The translations under genes were made by a program, and so were the position numbers. From an uncultured Bifidobacteriaceae bacterium (GTDB lineage: Bacteria; Actinomycetota; Acidimicrobiia; IMCC26256; PALSA-555): a stretch of 64,000 nt of DNA. The notes beneath the pieces were generated by a model. That model saw nothing but the letters and a program-made list of their open reading frames with translations, did not search any database and was not told where the DNA came from. Positions 18,237 through 27,856 of this stretch are shown one piece after another (the stretch's first letter is position 1; each line of letters begins with the position of its first letter). The stretch lies in assembly GCA_964501785.1 (NCBI GenBank), contig CAZCUD010000002.1, forward strand, positions 197,836 to 261,835, written 5' to 3'.

Positions 18237-20164
18237 TGCCAGTGACGGGCGCGGATCGCCCAGGGCATGGACGGCTGCGTGTCTGGCAGAGCCGTGAGGT
18301 GCAGTGGTCCGCGGCGTCGGGGGCACTCCTGGCCGCCGGGTATCTCGGATCGTGGGTCGGCCTGTCCGACACGGCCGCGACCGCGATCTGGATCGTCTCG
18401 GTGCTCGCCGGCGCGCGCTTCTTCGCGATCGAAGCGATGCGCGAGCTCTTCGGCAAGTGGCAGGTCGACATCGAGCTGCTCATGACGGTGGCGACCATCA
18501 CCGCGGGCGCGCTCGGTCTGTGGGAGGAAGCCGCTGCGCTGGCCTTCTTGTATTCGATCTCCGAAGCGCTCGAAGAATTCACCGAGGACAAGACTCGCGG
18601 CGCGATCGAAGCGCTGATGGACCTCGCCCCGAAGCGCGTCACGCGGCTCACCGAGCACGGCGACGAAGAGATCGAGCTCGAACAACTTGCAGTCGGCGAC
18701 CAGTTTCGGGTCCGTCCCGGTGAGAGCGTCGCGACCGACGGAATCGTCGAGAGCGGCAAAACAAGCCTCGACGAGTCCGCGATCACCGGCGAATCGATCC
18801 CTGTCGAGAAGAGTCCAGACGACCAGGTCTTCGCAGGCACACTCAACACGACCGGCGCGCTGATCGTCCGAGCCACCACCACGAGTGCCGAGAACACGCT
18901 CGCGAAGATCGTCAGCCTCGTCGCAGAGGCACAAGAAGCAAAAGGTCGAAGCGAACAGTTCCTGACCCGCTTCGCACGTGTCTACTCCCCGGCGGTGCTC
19001 CTATCAGGTGCGGTCGTCGCGGTCGTCGGCGGAACGGTGACCGACGACTGGGGCACCTGGATCGAGCGAGCAGCCACGGTCATAGTCGCCGCCGCGCCCT
19101 GTGCCCTCGTCATCTCGGTTCCGATCACCTACGTCGCCGCGATCGGCAACGCCAGCCGCCGGGGAATCCTCATCAAGGGCGGCATCTACCTCGAAGAGCT
19201 CGCCCAGGTACGCGTCATCGCGCTCGACAAGACAGGAACACTGACTAGAGGCGAACCCGCAGTCGTCGCCGCCCACTGCGGACCCGGCGTCGACGAGGCG
19301 ACACTGCTCGGAGCCGCCGCAGCAGTCGAGATCCACTCCGAGCATCCGCTGGCGACTGCTATCGTCGCCGCGGCACGGGTCCGCTCCATCGATCCCCTGG
19401 CCTCGACCCAGTTCCGAGCGATGACCGGAGCCGGCGCCGAAGCAACGATCAACGGAAGGCGCGTATCGGTCACTTCACCGCAGTACGCGACCGAACATGA
19501 CATCGACCTCGACGGTCTGAGCCCGATCGTCCCCCGCGAGCAGCGCGAAGGGCGCACCGTCGTTGTCATCGTCCGAGACCACCGACCCTTGGGCATTCTC
19601 GCCATCGCCGACATGCTCCGGCCCGGAGCACGCGACGCCATGGCAACGCTTCACCGCTACGGCATCGAGCGGCTCGTCATGCTCACCGGCGACAACAAGC
19701 TAACCGCCGAGCGGATCGGTGCCGCCGCGGGCATCAACGAGGTTGAAGCCGAGCTGAGTCCAGCTGACAAGGCCCGCCTGGTGGCGGACATGGCTGCGGA
19801 AACGCACGTCGCCATGGTCGGGGACGGCGTCAACGACGCACCGGCCTTGGCAGCCGCCTCGGTCGGCATCGCGATGGGGACCGCCGGCAGCGACGTCGCC
19901 CTCGAGACCGCCGATGTCGCACTCATGGCCGACGACCTCACCAAGCTCACCACAGCGCTGGACATCGGACGCAGAACCCGTCGCGTCGTTCACCAGAACC
20001 TCATGCTCGGCATCGGCATCCTCGTCCTCCTGGTCCCCGGCGCGCTCGCCGGGCTGTTCGCCCTCCCCATCGCCGTCCTCGCGCACGAGCTCTCCGAGCT
20101 GGTCGTCATCCTCAACGGCACGCGCCTCGCTCGAACCAACCAAGAAGGCCTGAAAGGGCGATGA
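18236..20164 (+). CDS. heavy-metal P1B-type ATPase (Cd/Zn/Pb, CtpG/CadA-like, no N-terminal MBD)
   Basis: TGES, APC in the metal-binding TM helix, DKTGT, SEHP and GDGVND; TGATG coupling to the repressor. Confidence 0.93.
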   Translation: MPVTGADRPGHGRLRVWQSREVQWSAASGALLAAGYLGSWVGLSDTAATAIWIVSVLAGARFFAIEAMRELFGKWQVDIELLMTVATITAGALGLWEEAAALAFLYSISEALEEFTEDKTRGAIEALMDLAPKRVTRLTEHGDEEIELEQLAVGDQFRVRPGESVATDGIVESGKTSLDESAITGESIPVEKSPDDQVFAGTLNTTGALIVRATTTSAENTLAKIVSLVAEAQEAKGRSEQFLTRFARVYSPAVLLSGAVVAVVGGTVTDDWGTWIERAATVIVAAAPCALVISVPITYVAAIGNASRRGILIKGGIYLEELAQVRVIALDKTGTLTRGEPAVVAAHCGPGVDEATLLGAAAAVEIHSEHPLATAIVAAARVRSIDPLASTQFRAMTGAGAEATINGRRVSVTSPQYATEHDIDLDGLSPIVPREQREGRTVVVIVRDHRPLGILAIADMLRPGARDAMATLHRYGIERLVMLTGDNKLTAERIGAAAGINEVEAELSPADKARLVADMAAETHVAMVGDGVNDAPALAAASVGIAMGTAGSDVALETADVALMADDLTKLTTALDIGRRTRRVVHQNLMLGIGILVLLVPGALAGLFALPIAVLAHELSELVVILNGTRLARTNQEGLKGR

Positions 20165-20618
20165 CGTCCGACCGGCAGCCCAGCGCGAAGACCGTTCGAC
20201 GCGCTCGCTTCGTGCCCGCCGCGGCTACTCCTGGCTCACCCGCTTCTACGATCCGGTACTCAGGATCACGACGCGCGAACACGCTTTACGAGCCACCTCC
20301 TCGAACGATTTGAACTCGATACCGCGTCCTCGCATCTCGACATCCGGCTGCGGAACCGGGACGTTCGCCGTCATGGCGAAGCAAGCCAACCCAGCACTTC
20401 GCGTCGTCGGACTCGACGCCGATCAAGACATGCTCTGCAAAGCACGGTGTAAAGCCCTCAAAGCCGGCGCCGACGTCGACTGGATCGAAGGCTCAGCTAC
20501 GCAGATTCGAGTCGTGAACGGGTCGTCGATCGCGTCGCATCGAGTTTGCTCTTTCACCACCTCGAACACGACGCCAAACTCGATGATGTTGCGCACCCAA
20601 CTGCCAGTGCGGCGCTGA
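20161..20618 (+). pseudogene. frameshifted, truncated class I SAM methyltransferase
   Basis: RFVPAA / YSWLTRFYDPVLR / GCGTGTFAVMAKQANPALRVVGLDAD fall in different frames; the C-terminus decays. Confidence 0.7.
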
Positions 20619-20855
20619 ACTCGCGGTGAGCGCCCGCGTGCGGTGAACACGTATGCCTGGCCCCGATTCGATTGCCGCATGCCGAACAGCACCGCGCCAG
20701 AACCGGATTCGCGATCGTGCGCATCGTGCGCGAGTTCTGCACGCTCGACGAGACGTGGGAACTCAGAGCGATCCTCGGGCGACTACCTCCGAGCGAGCGC
20801 CGACCAGGATCCTGTGGAACCGGGGGACCGGATGCGACCTGAGAAGGGAGGAACG

Positions 20856-21218
20856 GTGCGTCATCTCGTGAGTGCCGTCGCGCTGTTGGCATTGGTCGGT
20901 ACCGCATGTGGCAGCGGTGACGGTGGGCAGACGACTGGCCCGGCTTCGCCAAAGCCCACCGGTGCGCAGGCACAGGACGCCGAGCTCGCGCGGGGCCGCG
21001 CGGTCTTCGTGAACAACTGCGCGCGCTGTCACGGCGCGCGCGGTGAGGGGGGCATCGGCGTGCAGCTCTCGGACGGTCGCGTGTCGAGCCGGTACCCGGA
21101 CATCGACGACCAGATCGCCGTCATCAGCGGCGGGAAGAACGCGATGCCGTCGTTTGGTGGTGACCTGACTCCCGAGCAGATCCGGGCCGTCGCCCGTTAC
21201 GAGCGCGAGGTCCTCTGA
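20856..21218 (+). CDS. lipoprotein c-type cytochrome (monoheme)
   Basis: GGGAGG RBS, lipobox-like VGTAC, CARCH heme motif and NAMPSF axial Met. Confidence 0.9.
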   Translation: MRHLVSAVALLALVGTACGSGDGGQTTGPASPKPTGAQAQDAELARGRAVFVNNCARCHGARGEGGIGVQLSDGRVSSRYPDIDDQIAVISGGKNAMPSFGGDLTPEQIRAVARYEREVL

Positions 21219-21228
21219 GGCCGACCAG

Positions 21229-23130
21229 GTGACGACACCGCTCAGCCGCTCTGGACCGCGACGCGTCGGCCGACGTGCCGGCGTCGTTGTCGCGGCAGCG
21301 CTCGTCGCGGTCGTGGCGCTGGCATCGCCGGCCTCGGCGCACGCGGTGCTCGTGTCGTCCACGCCGAACGCCGCGCAGGTCCTCGATGCGAGCCCAGACG
21401 AGGTCACCCTCGACTTCAGCGAGGCGGTCGAGGTGAACCTCGGCTCCGTCCGGCTCTACGACGAGGAGGGGAACCGCCTCGACCTCGGCGACATCTCCAC
21501 CGGACCCGACGACGTCGTGCACGCCACCGTGCCCGAAGAGCTCGGCGAGGGGTCGTACGTGGTCACCTGGCGGGTGATCTCCGCTGACGCACACCCCATC
21601 CGAGGCGCGTTCACGTTCCAGATCGGCACCGGGTCGGACGCGACGAGCCCGCGGCTCGAGGACCTCGCGCGCCAGCTCACCGACGAACAGACCGGTGATC
21701 GCGTCGTCGGGGTGCTTCTCGGAATCGCTCGCTGGGGCGTGTTCGCCGGCATTGCGGCACTCGTGGGTGGGCTCGTGTTCGTGTCACTGGTCGATCGTCA
21801 GGCGCGCCACGCCCGACGGGCCCGCCGCCTCGTGTGGGGCGGGTGGGCACTCTGCTTCAGTGCGACCGCAGTCGGCCTGCTGCTCCTCGGACCGTACGGC
21901 GCGGGGGTGGGGTTGGGCGACGTGCTCGACTCCGTCTTGCTTCGTGACGTGCTGGGCAGTCGCTACGGGCTCGCGTGGCTCATCCGTCTCGTCGTGTTGC
22001 TCGCCGCGATTCCGCTGGTACGCATGCTCCTCGGGTCACAAGCCGACGCGCGCCGCCACCCTCGATGGGTCGCGCCCCTCAGCGGGATCGGTCTGGGTGT
22101 CTTGCTCGCGATCACCGTCGCGCTCGCGGGTCACGCGACGACAGGCGACTACATTGAGGCCGCGTTCGCGGCCGACGTGCTGCACGTCGTATCGATGGCG
22201 GTGTGGGTCGGCGGCCTCGCGGTGCTCACGTTCGTCACTCTCGGCTCGAAGGACGTCGCGCGTCTCGAGAGGGTGCTGCCCCGCTGGTCGCAGGTGGCGC
22301 TCATCTCCGTCGCCGTCGTCATCGCCACCGGCACGTTCCAAGGCTGGCGTCAGGTGCGCGTCCTCGATGCACTGCGAGAGACCGAGTATGGGCGGCTGCT
22401 GATCGTCAAGCTCATCGTCGTCCTCATCATGCTGCTCTTCGCGTTCCGCGCCCGCCAGATCGTCGGCCTGCTCCACTGGTGGTGGACCGAACCATCGGCG
22501 CAGCAGTCGACACGCGATCGCAGCCATCGCGACGCGCCGGACGAAGTCCTCACCGTCCGGGGTGGCGTCGATGACGACAGCACAGGCAACGATCGGGGCG
22601 CTGCGGCCGAGTACAGCGACGGGGACGATGACACGAGAAACGACAACGACCCCGACGACGACGAGTGGGTCGATGACGGGCGCGAGCTGCGCCTCCTGCG
22701 CCGCGGCGTCACCGTAGAGGTCGTTCTCTCCGTGCTCGTACTCGTGGTGACCGCACTCCTCGTGAACTCGGTCCCCGCGGAGACCGCTCGCGACCTCACC
22801 GCGGAGGGCGCGACGGGGGTTCGGCTCGAATCGGCGGACCTGTCAGTCGAAGTCGATGCCGCGCCCGCGCGAGCAGGTGCCAACGACATCCACGTATACA
22901 CACTCAGTCCCGCAGGCAGCCCCGTCCCCGTCGACGAGCTAACGCTCACGCTCGAGCTGCCCAAACTCGACGTCGCGCCGATCAACGTGCCGCTGCGCAT
23001 GCTCACCTCGTTCCACGGCTACTCCCCTGGGTTCGACATCCCCATCGCGGGCGACTGGCACGCCACCGTCAAAGCCCGCCTCGACGACTTCAACCAGACG
23101 ACCCTGGAAGGGACGCTCGAGATCCGCTGA
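21229..23130 (+). CDS. CopC-CopD fusion copper-resistance protein
   Basis: HAVLVSSTP...DAHPIRG (CopC); GHA and HVVSMAVWVGG (CopD); acidic loop; C-terminal soluble domain. Confidence 0.9.
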   Translation: MTTPLSRSGPRRVGRRAGVVVAAALVAVVALASPASAHAVLVSSTPNAAQVLDASPDEVTLDFSEAVEVNLGSVRLYDEEGNRLDLGDISTGPDDVVHATVPEELGEGSYVVTWRVISADAHPIRGAFTFQIGTGSDATSPRLEDLARQLTDEQTGDRVVGVLLGIARWGVFAGIAALVGGLVFVSLVDRQARHARRARRLVWGGWALCFSATAVGLLLLGPYGAGVGLGDVLDSVLLRDVLGSRYGLAWLIRLVVLLAAIPLVRMLLGSQADARRHPRWVAPLSGIGLGVLLAITVALAGHATTGDYIEAAFAADVLHVVSMAVWVGGLAVLTFVTLGSKDVARLERVLPRWSQVALISVAVVIATGTFQGWRQVRVLDALRETEYGRLLIVKLIVVLIMLLFAFRARQIVGLLHWWWTEPSAQQSTRDRSHRDAPDEVLTVRGGVDDDSTGNDRGAAAEYSDGDDDTRNDNDPDDDEWVDDGRELRLLRRGVTVEVVLSVLVLVVTALLVNSVPAETARDLTAEGATGVRLESADLSVEVDAAPARAGANDIHVYTLSPAGSPVPVDELTLTLELPKLDVAPINVPLRMLTSFHGYSPGFDIPIAGDWHATVKARLDDFNQTTLEGTLEIR

Positions 23131-23152
23131 CCGCACTCACGCTCCTTCGAGA

Positions 23153-23362
23153 TCAATCGTCGCGTCGAGTCTCGAGCCAACGCTCGATGTCGCTGGAGCG
23201 GTAGCGGACGTGTCGTCCGATCCGATGGCCGAGGGGTCCTTGGCGTTGGTACCGCCATCTGTAGATCGTGGCGATGGGAACGTCGAGGTACGCGGCGAGC
23301 TCGGCGATGCTCCACAGTTGCTCGCCACCTCGATCGGGTTGCTGGGGCCGGGTTCTGGGCAT
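23153..23362 (-). CDS. excisionase-like HTH protein (AlpA/HTH_17)
   Basis: LWSIAELAAYLDVPIATIYRWR...GRHVRY. Confidence 0.85.
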   Translation of the reverse strand: MPRTRPQQPDRGGEQLWSIAELAAYLDVPIATIYRWRYQRQGPLGHRIGRHVRYRSSDIERWLETRRDD

Positions 23363-23401
23363 GTTGGCCTTCCGTGAGTCGGCTGAGCGAGTCGAAGGCA
23401 G

Positions 23402-23938
23402 TCAGCGCATTACCTCGAGCTGATGCGTGAGGAGCGCGGCGATGGTGTGGCTCCGAGTCGAGTCGAGGTGTTCGACGAGAGCGTCGATCGCTGCGCGCTC
23501 CGCGTTTGAGAGCACCAGCGTGACGGGGGTTCGCCCTTGAGGTCGTTGCACGAGACGTCGCGGCGCGGCCACTCGGCTCTCTTCAACGAGTCGGTCGCGC
23601 TGGTCTTGGTACGCGACCATGACGAGATCTGCGAGCGCATAGCCGTCACGAGTGAGAGACCGGACGCGTTCGGCGATCTCCACGGGCAGTGTGAGGCCCA
23701 CCTTGTGGCGTGGATCGCCGCGCGTCGGTGCCGGCGGGACGGGGCCGAGCGGGCTCCGGCGAGGTGGAGCCTTGTCACCCGCGGCGGGGGCCTTTGGGTG
23801 CTCACGAACCCCCGCAGGCGATTCGTCCACGCGTGTCGCACGCCGGTCGGGTGCGGCATCGGGCTCGGGGGCCTCGTCGTCGGCCGAGTCGCGACCGACG
23901 CGAAAGCCGGAGAGTTGGCCTTGGGTGAGGCGTGGCAT
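23402..23938 (-). CDS. ParA partner with two predicted ribbon-helix-helix units
   Basis: Starts 2 nt after the parA stop. Disordered N-terminus, then KVGLTLPVEIAERV..ALADLV and PVTLVLSNAERAAIDAL..STRSHTIAALL. Confidence 0.65.
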   Translation of the reverse strand: MPRLTQGQLSGFRVGRDSADDEAPEPDAAPDRRATRVDESPAGVREHPKAPAAGDKAPPRRSPLGPVPPAPTRGDPRHKVGLTLPVEIAERVRSLTRDGYALADLVMVAYQDQRDRLVEESRVAAPRRLVQRPQGRTPVTLVLSNAERAAIDALVEHLDSTRSHTIAALLTHQLEVMR

Positions 23939-23940
23939 GC

Positions 23941-24762
23941 TCAGCGGATGCGCTGCAGGATCTCGTCTGCCAGCGCGACGTAGTCGCCGGCCAGCGTCCG
24001 CGCACCTGTTGCGAGGCTGCGTGTCTCACGCGCGGCGCGCGCATACTCGAGCGCGACCAGCCCGTGGCGTGATTGGTCGATCGCTCCGCGTTCGGACGCT
24101 CGAACGATCGAGTCGAAGACGACCTGTCGATCGCCGAACGCTTGCTGGAGTTCCTCGCGGGCCTGGCTGCGTATCCGTGTCGCCGCGGTCGAGATAGCGA
24201 ACAGGACGACGCCGGCGAGCTCGCCCGTCGGGAGGCCACTCAGGGAGAGCGCGCTCAGTCGTTCGGAAACACGACTGAGGCCGAGGAGGCTCTTGTCGTC
24301 GGCCTTCGTCGGGACGACGATCCAGTCGGCGGCGACCAATGCCGCGTCTTCGAGCAGGCCTCCCGCGGGTGCGGTGTCGATCACTGCAACGTCGTAGCGA
24401 CTGGCAGCGGTATCGAGGGCGCGAACGACGTCGTGGATCGGGGCGTCGGGCTGGCGATGCGCTTGCGCGGTGAGCGCGGCGGCGAGTTGGTCGGTGCGCG
24501 CGCCGGCGGCGACGAGATCGAGATTGGGTCGGACGTCGGAGATTGGTGTGACCGATGTGCCGCCTTGGATTGCGAGGCTGAGCGCGAGACCTTGGTCGGT
24601 GTCTTCGATGCCGAGATCGACCGCCAGGTTGCCTTGGGCGTCGAGGTCGAGCGCGAGCACCCGGTGGCCTTGTGTCGACCAGACGACGGCCAGGTTGCTG
24701 ACGCACGAGGTCTTGCCGCAGCCGCCCTTGCCGTTGACGACCGCGATGATGGTCGGAGCCAT
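23941..24762 (-). CDS. parA: ParA family ATPase
   Basis: Deviant Walker A KGGCGKTS, LDLDAQGNL and IDTAP; GAGGAG RBS. Confidence 0.92.
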   Translation of the reverse strand: MAPTIIAVVNGKGGCGKTSCVSNLAVVWSTQGHRVLALDLDAQGNLAVDLGIEDTDQGLALSLAIQGGTSVTPISDVRPNLDLVAAGARTDQLAAALTAQAHRQPDAPIHDVVRALDTAASRYDVAVIDTAPAGGLLEDAALVAADWIVVPTKADDKSLLGLSRVSERLSALSLSGLPTGELAGVVLFAISTAATRIRSQAREELQQAFGDRQVVFDSIVRASERGAIDQSRHGLVALEYARAARETRSLATGARTLAGDYVALADEILQRIR

Positions 24763-24944
24763 CGCTCCTCCTTCGACTGGGACGAACGCCATCGGGAGTT
24801 CGTGCTCTTGCCCCAATGTGCGTTCGCGACTCGAAACCCCACACCCGATCGTCCGGTTGCTTCGCGGCGCGCACTCACAAGATGACGCGCCGCGGGTGAC
24901 CATGCGCCTGCCACGTGGCGAGCGTCTGGGCGCCAGATGGTTCG

Positions 24945-27803
24945 CTACAAGCCGAGACCGAGGTCGAGGTCGAGGTCGAGATCCAGATCAGCGGGCCCGG
25001 GAGCGATCTCGAGTGCGAGTGGATCACGAGCGATGGTCAGGCCCGCGAGTCGTTCGTGGTACTCGACGAGTGCGTCTCGTTCGACGCCAGGTGGTGTGTC
25101 GGTGAGAAGGGTTCTGGTCTCTCGGATCCGGGTGTGCAGGACCTCGGGCTGCTCAGGGTGTGCGAGATTGCGGCGCAGCACGCTGTGCGCGGCCCAGTCG
25201 GGTCGCTCGTGGTGGGTGACCTGGGCGAGGACCTCTGCGGGGCTCGGCATCGGATCGACGTGTCCGTGCGCGGTGTCGCGGTCGGCTTCCGGTTCGCAGA
25301 TCGCATAGGCGTGGTTGGCGTGGCGGCCGCGGCTCAGCGCGACGTAGAGCTCGTTTCCGTAGGTTGTCGGCGTGACGAGGACGTGACTCTCGTCGACAGT
25401 CAGGCCTTGAGCGCTGGCGATCGTGGTCGCGTAGGCCAGGCGCACGTGCGCGGCGACGTAGTCGGCGGGCAGCTCGACGCGTGCCCCGTGACGCGAGTGC
25501 TCGGCGGTGAGGGTGCCTCGGTGCTCGTCGAGCGCGACGACGCGCCAACGGTCGTGGTTGCGGACGTGGTCGGCGGCTGCGGGCCCGTAGCGCAGGCCTC
25601 GGTCGTTGCGGCGCGTCTCGATCTGGTCGCCGATCCCGATGGTCTGGCTCCCGGTCGGGGTGGCGAGCCGCAGCCCGCCGGGGGCGATCTGGCCGACCGC
25701 GACCCGGGCGGCGCGGGCTCGAGCGGCGAGCGCGTCGACGTTTCGGTGATCGGGAGCGAGCATGATCGTGTCGACGCCGGCGTGGTGGGCGTTCCACCAC
25801 CGTTCGAACAGCGCACGCGTCGCGTCTGCTTCGGAGCCGCCGTGGACGCGTCCATGGGCCCGGAACGGCATCAACCAGGCGCCGTCGCCACGGCGAAGCT
25901 TCGCCAGCGCGGCCGCTTCCCATTCATGGTGGAAGCGGTGCGTGGCGCGCAACTCGATCGCCCCGAGGTCTTCAGCGAGGGCCGCGAACATCCCGCCCGC
26001 GGCGCGGATCGCACCGAGCTGGCGGTCGTCACCAACGAGGACGAGCTTGGCTGCGGCGGCTCCGACCGCGCTCACGAGTCGGTCCAGATCACGGGTTGCG
26101 ACCATGCTGGCCTCGTCGACGATGACGACGTGGCGCGCCGAGAGCCGCCACGTCTCGGGCGCCGTGCCCCGTTCGTTCCAGTCCAGGAACTTCGCGAGCG
26201 TGTCGGCGGTGACCCCTGCTTCGGTCCGCAGGATCTGCGCCGCGACGGCAGTGTGCGCGAGACCCACGACGCGGTACCCCGAGCCATACCAGGCGCGCGC
26301 GGCAACTCGCACCAGGCTCGTCTTGCCCGACCCGGCCGGCCCGATGACGGTCTCGACCCGTCGCCCTCGGACTGTGAGGAGTCTCAGCGCGGCCAGCTGA
26401 TCGGGTCCGGGCGGGCGAGCCTCGGCCGCGACGGCCCGGTCGAGCAGCGCGGCGTCGACGACCCCGATGCGGGCCACACGCCCGACCGCGGCCGTGTGGA
26501 GGATCCGGCCCTCGACGGCGAGCAGGTCGCGTGTCGTGTAGCGGATCTGCTGGGGCGGATCCCAGACGCTCCAGCCGTCGCGGCGCACCAGCGCCGGTGG
26601 CACCTCGGCACGGGTGGGCGCGTGCAGACACACCACCTCGCGATCCGCGAGCAAGTTGTCCACAGCCATCTCCACAAGGCCGAGGACTCCTTCGGCCGTC
26701 CCGCCGCCGACGTCGAGCGGATCGAGGTCCCGGGCGATCACCTGGACCAGATCGCGACGCGCGAACGTCGCCCGCTGCGCCGTCACTTCGCCAAGCACGG
26801 CTGCCGGAGCGTGGCGGGGCGGGCGCTCCGCCCGCTGGAGCGCGTCGTGCACCAGCGAGGCTGGCTCGTATCCCAAGGCACGAACCTCTGTGGCCCAGCG
26901 AGCGTGGAGCGCCTGATCGCCAACGGCGGTGTGGGCCTTGGGCGCCCGCGTGGCCAGCACTGCCAGGCGCGAGACGCGGCGGCGCTCGTCGGGCTCGAGG
27001 GGTCGAGCCAGCGCGGCCTCGAGCTCGGCGACCTTGGCCTGCACGGCCGGCTCGATCTGGCTCGCTCGTGTGCTGAACCGTGCCAGGACGTCCTCGGGCA
27101 TGCCGACCAGTTCGGCCTGGCCGTGCTCGCTCACCGGTTCCCACTCGACGCCCAGACGACGGGTCAGCTCGGATCGAAGCGCGGCCTGGTACAGCATCCC
27201 GGCGGTCTTGGCCTCGGCGTAGAGCGCGCGACCGTCCAGGGCGCGCCACGATCCGTCGCGGGGATCGCGGACCTTGTTCAGGATCAAGCAGTGCGAGTGC
27301 AGCTGCGGGTCGAGCGCCCGACTGGTCCGATGCTCGAAGCGCGCCACGACTAGACCATCGGTGTCGACGACCATCGTGCCGTTGTGGCCGCGTCGCGTCA
27401 GCGCCGCGTGCTCTTCGAGGTAGCCGAGACCCGCATCCTCGACCGCAGCGACGTGCGCCGCCTTCACGACGGCCCGCAGGTCCGGACCGCCGAGCGCGAA
27501 TAGGACCGACACCGACTTCGGCGCCGAGAACGTCGCGTCGAAGCCGGCGACACCATCCGGACTGCGCCAGCCCGTTCCCAACGGCACACCCGTGTGCGGG
27601 TGACGCGCCTCGCCGAACGCGCGCCGCAGCGACTCGGCGTCGGCCTCCCCCACGACACCTGCCGAACCCGCGCCGCGCCCGGACCAGACGCCGGGCGCCT
27701 CGCCGGTCCCCGCGTAGTAGTCCTCCAGGCCACTACCGACCTCACGCGCGTAGTACTCCCACGCGGACGCGCCCATCCGACCGATGCTCAGCACCAGCGA
27801 CAC
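24945..27803 (-). CDS. MOBF (TrwC/TraI-like) relaxase fused to RecD-like SF1 helicase
   Basis: YY..EDYY, FDATFSAPKSVS and DPQLHSHC (HUH); helicase GPAGSGKT, DEASM, GDDRQL and AQGLTVD; DLDLDLDLGLGL tail. Confidence 0.95.
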   Translation of the reverse strand: MSLVLSIGRMGASAWEYYAREVGSGLEDYYAGTGEAPGVWSGRGAGSAGVVGEADAESLRRAFGEARHPHTGVPLGTGWRSPDGVAGFDATFSAPKSVSVLFALGGPDLRAVVKAAHVAAVEDAGLGYLEEHAALTRRGHNGTMVVDTDGLVVARFEHRTSRALDPQLHSHCLILNKVRDPRDGSWRALDGRALYAEAKTAGMLYQAALRSELTRRLGVEWEPVSEHGQAELVGMPEDVLARFSTRASQIEPAVQAKVAELEAALARPLEPDERRRVSRLAVLATRAPKAHTAVGDQALHARWATEVRALGYEPASLVHDALQRAERPPRHAPAAVLGEVTAQRATFARRDLVQVIARDLDPLDVGGGTAEGVLGLVEMAVDNLLADREVVCLHAPTRAEVPPALVRRDGWSVWDPPQQIRYTTRDLLAVEGRILHTAAVGRVARIGVVDAALLDRAVAAEARPPGPDQLAALRLLTVRGRRVETVIGPAGSGKTSLVRVAARAWYGSGYRVVGLAHTAVAAQILRTEAGVTADTLAKFLDWNERGTAPETWRLSARHVVIVDEASMVATRDLDRLVSAVGAAAAKLVLVGDDRQLGAIRAAGGMFAALAEDLGAIELRATHRFHHEWEAAALAKLRRGDGAWLMPFRAHGRVHGGSEADATRALFERWWNAHHAGVDTIMLAPDHRNVDALAARARAARVAVGQIAPGGLRLATPTGSQTIGIGDQIETRRNDRGLRYGPAAADHVRNHDRWRVVALDEHRGTLTAEHSRHGARVELPADYVAAHVRLAYATTIASAQGLTVDESHVLVTPTTYGNELYVALSRGRHANHAYAICEPEADRDTAHGHVDPMPSPAEVLAQVTHHERPDWAAHSVLRRNLAHPEQPEVLHTRIRETRTLLTDTPPGVERDALVEYHERLAGLTIARDPLALEIAPGPADLDLDLDLDLGLGL

Positions 27804-27829
27804 TCACAGCACGCAGGCGGGCGCCTCCC

Positions 27830-27856
27830 GCATCGACGATGCAACTGTCTGTCGCC
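27830..27856 (+). other. candidate oriT/nic: GCATC-GAC-GATGC AACTGTCT^GTCGCC
   Basis: Hairpin plus TGTCT, 27 nt upstream of the relaxase start; same layout as R388 nic as recalled (GCACC-GAAA-GGTGC GTATTGTCT^ATAG). Confidence 0.55.

Noticed and set aside
24957-24990. GAGGTC hexamer run as a regulatory repeat
   Set aside because: It encodes the DLDLDLDLGLGL relaxase tail.
24915-27353. 812-aa + strand ORF
   Set aside because: Antisense shadow of the relaxase.
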